Assembly (NCBI RefSeq): GCF_000710775.1
Contig: NZ_JOJP01000001.1
Location: forward strand, 295,083 to 325,082
From: Endozoicomonas elysicola
GTDB taxonomy: Bacteria; Pseudomonadota; Gammaproteobacteria; Pseudomonadales; Endozoicomonadaceae
Direction: 5' to 3'
DNA: 30,000 nucleotides
Position numbers and translations under genes: made by a program. The notes below the pieces were generated by a model. It had not been told where the DNA came from and made no database searches. It saw only the letters and a list, made by a program, of their open reading frames with translations. This document shows positions 9,592 through 17,604 of this stretch, one piece after another (position 1 is the stretch's first letter; every line of letters starts with the position of its first letter).

Positions 9592-10539
9592 TTATTTCTC
9601 GCCAAACGCAGCAGTCAGTGCTGGCACGATCTTGTAAAGATCGCCAACAATGCCGTAGTCCGCGTATTGGAAGATCGGAGCATTTTTGTCCTTGTTCACT
9701 GCAACAATCACCTGGGCACTGTTGGCAGCAACCATGTGCTGGATCTGTCCGGAAATACCCAGTGCCAGATACAGTTCTGGTTTTGGCATCACACCGGAGA
9801 TACCCACATAACGCTCTTGCTCCAGCCACTTCTCGCTCTCAGCGATTGGACGGGAACAACCCAGCTCAGCATCAATGGCAGCACCCAGGGCTTCAGCCAT
9901 GGCAATGTCTTCTTTCTTGGCAATACCACGGCCGATACTAACGATACGCTTGGCCTTACCCAGGTCTACCTGAGTAGCCTGCTTAGGCTGACGCTCCAGA
10001 CACTTGATGGCTGCTTTTGGTGCAACGAATTCAACGTTGATGGTTTCACCGGTTCTGGCAGCGTCTTCGCTTTCAGGTGCAAATACACCACCACTGACAA
10101 CCATCACGGCAAACGGAGAAGCCACTTTCTCCTGACCGTGGGCGAGACCACCGTAAACCATGCGCTTACCGGTAACACCACCGTCTTCAACGGTCACGTC
10201 ATACGCTTCAGTTACCACACCCGCCTTCAGCTTAACGCCCAGCAGTGAAGCCAGAGCCTTACAGCAGCGAGTGCCTGGCAGCAGAATCAATGCAGAATCG
10301 GCAGCTTCAGAGATGGCCTTGGCCATGGTGTCAGCGTAATCTTCAACAATGCGTGAAGTTTCTCTGGCACCCAGCAGATAAACTTTGTCAGCACCCTGGG
10401 CGTAAGCTTTTGCTACATCACCATCTGTGCCAATAACAAAGGCAGAAACCGTATCACCCAGTTCGCGGGCACCGGCAAGTACTTCTGCCTGACGGGATTC
10501 GACGTCGCTGAAAACCCAAACGTTTGCAATCTTACTCAT
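9592..10539 (-). CDS. fixB: Electron transfer flavoprotein alpha subunit FixB
   Basis: 315 aa. The C-terminal ETF-alpha FAD-binding signature is PELYLALGISGQIQH..G...A..IVAVNKDKNAPIF..ADYGIVGDL. It follows fixA after an 11-bp gap. Confidence 0.9.
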   Translation of the reverse strand: MSKIANVWVFSDVESRQAEVLAGARELGDTVSAFVIGTDGDVAKAYAQGADKVYLLGARETSRIVEDYADTMAKAISEAADSALILLPGTRCCKALASLLGVKLKAGVVTEAYDVTVEDGGVTGKRMVYGGLAHGQEKVASPFAVMVVSGGVFAPESEDAARTGETINVEFVAPKAAIKCLERQPKQATQVDLGKAKRIVSIGRGIAKKEDIAMAEALGAAIDAELGCSRPIAESEKWLEQERYVGISGVMPKPELYLALGISGQIQHMVAANSAQVIVAVNKDKNAPIFQYADYGIVGDLYKIVPALTAAFGEK

Positions 10540-10550
10540 TGGTCAACCTA

Positions 10551-11330
10551 TCAATTCAGAATTTTACGCAGGTGGCTTACCAGCTCAGCGATTTGATCTT
10601 CACCGTCGCCTTCAATCATGACGTTGAGGCGTTCTTTCTGCTTGGGTGCTTTGGTTTCCAGCAATTCAACCGATGCTGCACCCTGCGCCACGCCCAGCGC
10701 TGATGGTGTCATCGTACCTACTGGCTTCTTACCGGCAGCCAGAATGGCCTTCATGCCAGGAATCGCAGGGGTGTTGATGTCTGCAGAAACAGAGATAACG
10801 GCAGGCAGAGTGACTTCCAGCACTTCCACTTCACTTTCCAGTGCACGCTCAACCACCAGTTTGCCGTTGTTCGCGGAAACAATTTTGCTGACGCCGCTCA
10901 GGGTGGCGACATCCAGCAGTGCACCCAGACGGGTACCGACCTGCTGAGCCAGAAGGTCTCCGGAACCGTCACCACACAGGATCAGGTCAAAGCCAATCTC
11001 TCTGGCGGCAGTTGCCATCACTTCGGCCGTCTGCTCTGGAAGCAGATGCGTATAGGCATCATCCATAACCGCAGTCATGGCGTCAGGACCGCGGGACAAG
11101 ATGTCCTTACGGGCCTTGCTGTTTTCCAGTGTCTTGTCACCCACGCTCAGAGCGGTGATGTGGGCTTCACCCACCAGGCCTTTTACTTCAACAGCTGCTT
11201 CAATAGCATTCAGATCAAATGGGCTGATCTTTGGCGTTGCACGGCTAACGTCCAGTGAGCCATCGGCCTGTACAACGATATCCTGCTCTTCAGGTACCAG
11301 TTTGCATCCAACAATAATTTTCATAGTCAT
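10551..11330 (-). CDS. fixA: Electron transfer flavoprotein beta subunit FixA
   Basis: 259 aa. MKIIVGCKLVPEEQDI ... ALSVG ... RKD.LSRGPD ... GFDLILCGDGS.DL.AQQVG ... IEGDGE.QIA is colinear with remembered E. coli FixA. Confidence 0.9.
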   Translation of the reverse strand: MTMKIIVGCKLVPEEQDIVVQADGSLDVSRATPKISPFDLNAIEAAVEVKGLVGEAHITALSVGDKTLENSKARKDILSRGPDAMTAVMDDAYTHLLPEQTAEVMATAAREIGFDLILCGDGSGDLLAQQVGTRLGALLDVATLSGVSKIVSANNGKLVVERALESEVEVLEVTLPAVISVSADINTPAIPGMKAILAAGKKPVGTMTPSALGVAQGAASVELLETKAPKQKERLNVMIEGDGEDQIAELVSHLRKILN

Positions 11331-11418
11331 TCAGCTTTCTACCTAAACTGCCCGGAGCACTCTGCCCCGGACATACTTCAAAACGACCTCTGCTCACCGG
11401 AACAGAGGGTATGCATCT

Positions 11419-12270
11419 TTATTTCCACTCAGCGAGGGCGTAATTCAGATATGCGATTTCTGGATCGTTGGCATCAATCACACGGAAGTGGATGGAGTTG
11501 TCATCCCACTTCCACATCTGGGTCTTGATGGTGCAGCCTGGGTACAGAGACTTGGTAATCCGAGTCTTGAAGCGGGTCAGGCGCTCAGGCTCACCAGGCA
11601 ACAGCGTGTTGATGATGTGACGGCAGGCAAAACCGGCAGTACTTACTGCATGCAGGTTTGGCTTGGGATGGTCAAACTTCTGGGCATATTCCCAGTCAAT
11701 GTGCTGAGGATGGTAGTCACCATTCAAACGGTAAATGATGGCCTGGTTCAGAGGCACCTGTTCCACAACTTCAAAGTCAGGCTCTCTCTCAGGAATCTCA
11801 ACAATATCCGCTGGTGCTTTTGGACCACCGAAGCCACCGTCGTACAGACAGCAATCCCAGCTTTCATTGGTAAACAGCAGGGTGCCATCTTCATCAAAGG
11901 TCTCGCCAATATGCTGAGCCAGACAGCCACGACCTGGACCACGGTCATAAAGACCTTTCAGTAATACTTTGGTGCTGAGTTTGCCAGACAGCTTGGTCAG
12001 CGGCTGATGGAACTGAAGATCAAAGCCCCAGTGGAGGGAACCACCCCACTCAAAACCAAAGTCGATGGTTTTGGTGACTTCGCTGTCCACAATCGGCATG
12101 GCAGCAAACATCGGCAGAATTTTCTGATTCTTTTCGTAAACGTACTCAAGATCAGTCTTGCCATCGGCACCGGCACCACAGCCCAGGCCAAAGATAATCA
12201 GTTCACGGAAGTCATATTCCCGTTCAAAAGGGCCGTATGTTTTGCCCTGCATATCCAGTTTTAAAGCCAT
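11419..12270 (-). CDS. Double-hot-dog (R)-specific enoyl-CoA hydratase-2 / MaoC-like protein, catalytic motif intact
   Basis: 283 aa. It is colinear with the hydratase-2 domain of eukaryotic MFE-2 as I remember it. Shared blocks are GGFGG, LNQA.IYRL.GD..P.HID (here YRLNGDYHPQHID, D185/H190), KP.LH...T.GF..R, and R.K.R....YPG.T..T.MWK....IHF. Codon 185 is GAC at 11716-11718. Confidence 0.8.
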   Translation of the reverse strand: MALKLDMQGKTYGPFEREYDFRELIIFGLGCGAGADGKTDLEYVYEKNQKILPMFAAMPIVDSEVTKTIDFGFEWGGSLHWGFDLQFHQPLTKLSGKLSTKVLLKGLYDRGPGRGCLAQHIGETFDEDGTLLFTNESWDCCLYDGGFGGPKAPADIVEIPEREPDFEVVEQVPLNQAIIYRLNGDYHPQHIDWEYAQKFDHPKPNLHAVSTAGFACRHIINTLLPGEPERLTRFKTRITKSLYPGCTIKTQMWKWDDNSIHFRVIDANDPEIAYLNYALAEWK

Positions 12271-12311
12271 CGTCGTACTCCTGACGAAATTAATTTTTCA
12301 GTCGTTCGCCT

Positions 12312-13163
12312 TTATTGCCACTCAGCCAAGGCAAAATTCAAAAGAATGGTTTCAGGATTGTTGGCATCGACTACACGGAAGCGAACGGACTGGTCAGGCA
12401 TTTCCCAGACCTGAGTGCGCACATCCATTCCCGGATAGCTGACGCCGGTAAAACGAAGTTTGAAACGCTTCATGCGTTCGGGACGACGTCCCATAAACTG
12501 ATTAGTGATGTGTCTGAATGCCAGACCCGCCAGACCGAGGCCCATATAGAAAGGCTTTTCGTAACCAAACTCCTTGGCATATTCCCAGTCAGCGTGCAGG
12601 TGGTGATAGATACCAATCAGACGGAAAACCAGGGCACTGTTCAGGTTCAGGTGGTCATCAAATTCAAAGTCAGGGGCACGATCCGGCATCTCCACGATGT
12701 CCTGTGGTGCTTTAGGCCCACCAAAACCACCGTCGTATAGACAGATATCCCAGTTATCGATGGTCAGCAGTTTGTTGCCATCCTCATCGAAGGTTTCTCC
12801 GGTTTTCTGTGCCAGGCAGCCTCGGCCTTCACCTCGATCGTACAGACCGGTCAGAGTAATATTGGTGGTCAGCTTGCCTGCCTTTTTGACAAAGGGGTGA
12901 TGGAATTTCATATCAATCCCCCAGTGCAGAACACCATCCCAGTTAAAACCGAAATTAATATCCTCGGTTACTTTGTCGGACGCATCGATAGTCGCCAGAA
13001 AGACAGGGTTTACCTTGAGGTCTTTTTCAAATGCCCAGTCCAGGTCGGTTTTACCATCCTGAGCGGCACCACTGCCCACCCCGAAAGCCAGCAGATCATT
13101 CAGGTCATACTGAGTTTCATAGGGTCCATATACCTTACCTACCAGATCTGTATTAATCGTCAT
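12312..13163 (-). CDS. Double-hot-dog MaoC/hydratase-2-like paralogue with degenerate catalytic motif
   Basis: 283 aa. It aligns gaplessly with the downstream paralogue at about 50% identity by eye (25 of the first 50 residues). The hydratase-2 motif position reads FRLIGIYHHLHAD. The catalytic Asp is replaced by Ile185 (ATC at 12609-12611), and the following P.LH block reads PFYMG. Confidence 0.78.
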   Translation of the reverse strand: MTINTDLVGKVYGPYETQYDLNDLLAFGVGSGAAQDGKTDLDWAFEKDLKVNPVFLATIDASDKVTEDINFGFNWDGVLHWGIDMKFHHPFVKKAGKLTTNITLTGLYDRGEGRGCLAQKTGETFDEDGNKLLTIDNWDICLYDGGFGGPKAPQDIVEMPDRAPDFEFDDHLNLNSALVFRLIGIYHHLHADWEYAKEFGYEKPFYMGLGLAGLAFRHITNQFMGRRPERMKRFKLRFTGVSYPGMDVRTQVWEMPDQSVRFRVVDANNPETILLNFALAEWQ

Positions 13164-13279
13164 GGTTTTGCTTCCGCGTCTATCGATATGTTTGTTTTTT
13201 ATTCATCACATGCTGATGACAATCAGCATGCACACCATTCATCAAAAACCCGCATCAGACTTGTTCAACACATTCACTC

Positions 13280-14932
13280 TTAATTCAGTACGGTATCCAC
13301 CCTGATTTCAGCTGTGTGATTCCGGTTAATCAGATAATTCTCAACTTGCTGGAATTCAGATCTGGAAAGCACTTCTTCTTTCAATACATTTTTCTGTACT
13401 TTTCCTGTACAGGTTCTTGGAAACTCTGTTCTGAATTCCACATGGGCTGGCACTTTAAAAGCCGCCATATGGGTTGAACAGAATTCAAGAATTTCTTCAG
13501 TGCTTAATGTTTCACCTTCTTTAAGAATGACAAACGCGTTAACCACTTCGTCATACATTTCATCTGGAATACCGATAACGGCGGCTTCAATAATTTTGGG
13601 ATGGCAGACCAGTGCATTTTCAATTTCAGAGCTGGAAATATTTTCGCCGGAGCGCTTAATCAAATTGACATTACGGTCAACAAAATAGAAATAGCCGTCT
13701 TCATCCATGTAGCCGCTATCACCGGTATAAAGCCAACCATGACTGTCCAGTGCTTTTGCTGTTGCTTCCGGGTTGTTGTAATACTCTTTAAACAGCGTTT
13801 TTCCTGGTTCACCCTTGATGACAATTTCACCGGTGGTATTTGGTGTTGCTTCGTTACCCTGATCATCGACAATTTTGATTTCGTAGCAGAATCCGGGTCT
13901 GCCAATGGATGGCCAGCGACGCTCATAGCCGGGGGTATCACCCAGATTGCCAACGATGGTTTCGGTCATGCCATAAGACGTCAGCAGCCGTACACCAAAG
14001 CGCTCTGAAAACTGATCTTTTTCCAGCTCAGAAAGTGTCAGATAAAACATAACCTCCCGCAGACAGTGGCCCTTCTCCCAGGCTCTCTCTGGCTGCAGCA
14101 TGAGGGTGCGAATCATCAGCGGAATACATTCGGTCACGGTTGCCCGGTAATGGCAGATCTGACTCCAGAAGCGAGATGCACTGTACTTCTCTATCAGGAT
14201 CAGCGTGGCGCCTGAGGCAAACGTTGGCATCGCTGCAGTACATTGAAAATCAATGTGGCAGGCTGGCATGGTGCTCAGGTACCGGTCTTCTGAACGCAGA
14301 GAGCATAACCAGGAGGTATATATTCCGGAAAAGTTAAGGTTGTAGTGCGTAATCACCACACCTTTTGGTCGAGACGTTGTGCCCGACGTAAAAATAATCT
14401 CTACTGGATCACTGCTGTCTAAAGGAACTGTTTTTTCAAGTGTTGTTGATTGCTTTCTTAACAGGGCACCAAAATTCAAAGTACCAGCAGGTTCTTCATC
14501 TTCTTCAATTCGTGTGATCAGGATGTGCTCAAGAGGAATGCCATCCTTCTGGCTGATTTCCTGATAAAGAGAAACAAACTGCTTCTCAACAATGACCGTT
14601 TCTACCTGGCATTTCTTCAGAATATAGCTGGCTTCGTGGTGCAGGGACTGCACATTAATCGGAACGGTAATGGCTCCAATTTTCGCCAGACCAAACCAAC
14701 TCATTAAAAATTCAGGGCTGTTGAATAACTGGGTAGCAACCCGGTCACCCTTTTTAACGCCCAGTTTCAGAAAGAGGTTTGCAGCCTGATTTATCTGATG
14801 ATTAAACTCAGCGTATGAAAGTTCACTGGTTTTACCTGATACATCTTCAAAGACAATGGCTGTATTTTCAGCATACGCTTGAGCCAGCCGATCCCATGTA
14901 TCACGTAAATTTTTATTGCCAACCAAGTCCAA
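13280..14932 (-). CDS. caiC: Crotonobetaine/carnitine-CoA ligase CaiC (ANL adenylating enzyme)
   Basis: 550 aa. FTSGTTSRPKGVVITHYNL, YRATVTECIP.MIRTLM.QP, GVRLLTSYGMTETIVG and GW..TGD.GY.DE.G.FYFVDR match remembered E. coli CaiC. A TTG start at 14932 is supported by the N-terminal alignment MDLVGNKNLR vs MDIIGGQHLR and by a GAGGTG RBS. The protein carries a C-terminal tail of about 30 aa that the remembered E. coli protein lacks. Confidence 0.88.
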   Translation of the reverse strand: MDLVGNKNLRDTWDRLAQAYAENTAIVFEDVSGKTSELSYAEFNHQINQAANLFLKLGVKKGDRVATQLFNSPEFLMSWFGLAKIGAITVPINVQSLHHEASYILKKCQVETVIVEKQFVSLYQEISQKDGIPLEHILITRIEEDEEPAGTLNFGALLRKQSTTLEKTVPLDSSDPVEIIFTSGTTSRPKGVVITHYNLNFSGIYTSWLCSLRSEDRYLSTMPACHIDFQCTAAMPTFASGATLILIEKYSASRFWSQICHYRATVTECIPLMIRTLMLQPERAWEKGHCLREVMFYLTLSELEKDQFSERFGVRLLTSYGMTETIVGNLGDTPGYERRWPSIGRPGFCYEIKIVDDQGNEATPNTTGEIVIKGEPGKTLFKEYYNNPEATAKALDSHGWLYTGDSGYMDEDGYFYFVDRNVNLIKRSGENISSSEIENALVCHPKIIEAAVIGIPDEMYDEVVNAFVILKEGETLSTEEILEFCSTHMAAFKVPAHVEFRTEFPRTCTGKVQKNVLKEEVLSRSEFQQVENYLINRNHTAEIRVDTVLN

Positions 14933-15111
14933 TGTAACACCTCATCGCTGAGCAATTCGCCTGCAAACCCCGGTTATTTATTCAAGGCATTCGGGTAGCT
15001 GCCGGAAAATCAGACGGTCTTTTCCGACAGTTCACCAAAATGCGCTCTTGCCCAGTTCACTCTTTCAAGTTCGGCTTTTAAAAAGCCAGCCAATAATCAA
15101 ACGTTCGTCGT

Positions 15112-16329
15112 TTAATCAGCCAGCTTGACGGCACCGACTTCTGCCAGAGCATGGATCTCCTGATCCGAGTATCCGAGATCACTCAGAATACTTGCGGTGT
15201 CCATACCCCGTGATGGTGTGCTCCGCCAGATCTGTCCTGGGTTTTTGGTAAATTTAGGAACAATGTTTGAACCCTTGCACTTACCACCAGACAGCGTGTC
15301 CCACTCAACAATGTTTTCGCGGGCGATGTACTGTGGGTGGCTTTCCAGTTCAGGAATGGTCAGCACACGGGTCGCAGCGATGGTCATGGACTCCAGCAGC
15401 TCCAGCGTTTCATCGATGGTTTTCTCACCGAAGAATGCATCCAGCTTGTCTTCCAGAATCTGCCCCTGAGAACTATCAGCACGAATACCAGGAATACCTT
15501 CAGGAAACTCGTCAGTGCCCAGAATGTGGGTATGATCCAGAACCTCAAGCAACCTTCGGATCTGTGGACCACCTACCCAGGACATGGTGATACAGCCGTC
15601 ATTACAGCGATAAACGCCACAACCTACCTGAGTTGGATCCTTACCTTTGGTTGTGCGGGGATAGAGCGTGCCGTTATTGAAGTAGTCGATCATGTAATAG
15701 TGGCTGACTCGCAGCAGAGCCTCATACATGGCAACGTCAACACTTTCACCTTCCCCGGTTCTTTTAGCATTGTGAAGTGCCGCCAGGGCGGAACTCAGCA
15801 CCATGAAGCCGCTGATGTAGTCACCAGAGTATGGGAATGCAGGTACTGGCTGATCACCATCACCGTTCTGAACCAGGTAACCACTGAATGCCTGGGCAAT
15901 GTGGTCATAAGAAGGCAGGTTGATGTACTGATCTTCACCGTACTGGCCATAACCTGATAGATGCACAATAACCAGCGACTTGTTGTGTTCCCACAGCAGT
16001 TCATCGGTCATACCACGGCGTTTGAAGGCTGGTCCTTTACTGGACTCGATAAAGATATCGGTGGTTTCCATCAGCTTGAGGAATGCTTTCTTGCCTTCCT
16101 CAGAGAAGATATCGATGGACAGACTGTGCAGATTACGGCGCGCCAGCTCGCGGTAATTTTTCATTACCCGGATGGTATCGGGATATTTGGTGTGCTCGAT
16201 CCAGATAACTTCTGCACCCCATTCCGCCATCATCTGGGCTGGAAATGGGCCAGCAATTTCAAGCGCTGAAAAAACAACCCGGACCCCGTGCAAAGGGCCA
16301 AATTCCGGTGTAGACACCTTGTTGGACAT
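15112..16329 (-). CDS. caiB: L-carnitine/gamma-butyrobetainyl-CoA:CoA transferase CaiB (family III CoA-transferase)
   Basis: 405 aa. FGPL.G.RVVFS..EIAGPF..QM.AEWGAEVIWIE, FLKLMETTDIFIE.SKGPAF.RRG and VPELES.PQY.ARE.I..W....G...KG.NI.PKF..NPGQIWR..PS.GMDTA.IL are essentially colinear with remembered E. coli CaiB. Confidence 0.92.
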   Translation of the reverse strand: MSNKVSTPEFGPLHGVRVVFSALEIAGPFPAQMMAEWGAEVIWIEHTKYPDTIRVMKNYRELARRNLHSLSIDIFSEEGKKAFLKLMETTDIFIESSKGPAFKRRGMTDELLWEHNKSLVIVHLSGYGQYGEDQYINLPSYDHIAQAFSGYLVQNGDGDQPVPAFPYSGDYISGFMVLSSALAALHNAKRTGEGESVDVAMYEALLRVSHYYMIDYFNNGTLYPRTTKGKDPTQVGCGVYRCNDGCITMSWVGGPQIRRLLEVLDHTHILGTDEFPEGIPGIRADSSQGQILEDKLDAFFGEKTIDETLELLESMTIAATRVLTIPELESHPQYIARENIVEWDTLSGGKCKGSNIVPKFTKNPGQIWRSTPSRGMDTASILSDLGYSDQEIHALAEVGAVKLAD

Positions 16330-16417
16330 TATTCATTCCCCCGCTAAGCAATATATTCACCTTCAGAAAGGTAACCCCGCAGGGTCAGCCCTTTCCAAAG
16401 GTTCAGTTAACGACAGA

Positions 16418-17554
16418 TTAACGATACTTTTTCAGTACCTGGCGACCGAGAGTCAGAATCTGCATTTCGTCAGATCCACCGGAAACACGGTCAACCCGCA
16501 GGTCACGCCAGAAACGTCCAACGCGATGTCCAGTGATACCGATACCGCCCAGTACCTGCATGGCAGAGTCCACTACTTCGAAGGCAGCATTGGCACAGAA
16601 GTATTTACACATGGCAGCGTCACCGGAGTTCACAGTGCCGTTGTCGCACTTCCATGCAGTTTCATAAACCATGTTCTTCATGGCGTTCAGTTTGATCGCC
16701 ATGTGAGCAAATTTTTCCTGGATCAGCTGAGTACGACCGATGGCTTCACCAAACTGGATACGCTGGTTTGCATACTTGGCAGCGTCTTCAAAGGCGCACA
16801 GGGCAACACCGTAGTTGGTGCAGGCTACCAGGAAGCGTTCAGCATCAAACTCTTCCTTAACACGGTTGAAGCCGTTGCCTTCAGAGCCAAACATGTCCTT
16901 CTCTTCCAGCTCAACGTTATCGAAAATCACTTCGCAGCAGCTGTCCATGCGCAGACCGATCTTGTCCAGTGGGTTCAGCTTGATGCCAGCCTTGCTCATA
17001 TCCACGAACCACTCGGAGAAGACCGGTGAGTCTGGAGAAGCAGAGTCGCGGGCCATCACCACCAGGTAAGGACAGTGGGAGCTACTGGTGATAAAGCACT
17101 TGTGACCGTTCAGGTAAACTTTGCCATCCTTGCGGGTGTAAGTGGTTTTCAGACTACCTACGTCAGAACCGGCACTTGGCTCAGTAATGGCGGAGTTCCA
17201 CATTTGTTCGCCAGTGCCGCGCAGAGCAAAAATCTTGTCGATCTGTTCCTGGGTACCATGACGCAGCATGGTATTGAAACCAGGCAGCTGATACAGAACG
17301 TAGGTAGGCGCACCGTGACGCCCAAGCTCTTCCCAGATAGCGGTCAGAGTAACCAGACCAGCATCCATACCGTCGTGTTCTTCTGGCAGCAGCATTGTGT
17401 CGATGCCCAGTTCAGCCAGAGCCTTCACCCAGCGCAGTGGGTATTCGTGCTTTTCGTCACATTCAACGAAGTAGGCTTCCCAGTTCTCTCTTTCCATCAG
17501 TTCGCGGACACCCGCAACAAACAGTTCCTGCTCGTCAGATAAATTAAAATCCAT
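16418..17554 (-). CDS. caiA: Crotonobetainyl-CoA reductase CaiA (acyl-CoA dehydrogenase family)
   Basis: 378 aa. [60 protein letters not shown] and [63 protein letters not shown] are a very close match to remembered E. coli CaiA. Confidence 0.93.
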   Translation of the reverse strand: MDFNLSDEQELFVAGVRELMERENWEAYFVECDEKHEYPLRWVKALAELGIDTMLLPEEHDGMDAGLVTLTAIWEELGRHGAPTYVLYQLPGFNTMLRHGTQEQIDKIFALRGTGEQMWNSAITEPSAGSDVGSLKTTYTRKDGKVYLNGHKCFITSSSHCPYLVVMARDSASPDSPVFSEWFVDMSKAGIKLNPLDKIGLRMDSCCEVIFDNVELEEKDMFGSEGNGFNRVKEEFDAERFLVACTNYGVALCAFEDAAKYANQRIQFGEAIGRTQLIQEKFAHMAIKLNAMKNMVYETAWKCDNGTVNSGDAAMCKYFCANAAFEVVDSAMQVLGGIGITGHRVGRFWRDLRVDRVSGGSDEMQILTLGRQVLKKYR

Positions 17555-17604
17555 GTCTAATACTCTTCTTACTTAATTGACTATTGCTTCACTGAAAAAC
17601 GGAT

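Noticed and set aside
9358-9941. ORFs 9358-9588 (+), 9534-9941 (+) and 9581-9829 (-) around the fixB 3' end
   Set aside because: They are generated by the GC-rich palindromic repeat copy B and by the antisense frames of fixB. They are Arg/Cys/Gln-rich junk sequences with no RBS.
11419-13163. Possibility that the two hot-dog genes are a recent tandem duplication or an assembly artefact
   Set aside because: The proteins are only about 50% identical and the nucleotide sequences differ throughout. The spacer and flanks are unique, so this is an ancient duplication with both frames intact.
16172-17029. 285-aa + strand ORF spanning the caiB/caiA junction, plus 17075-17542 (155 aa) and 17992-18660 (222 aa)
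   Set aside because: All are antisense to CaiB, CaiA or CaiT, which match known proteins almost residue for residue. The antisense products have low-information composition.
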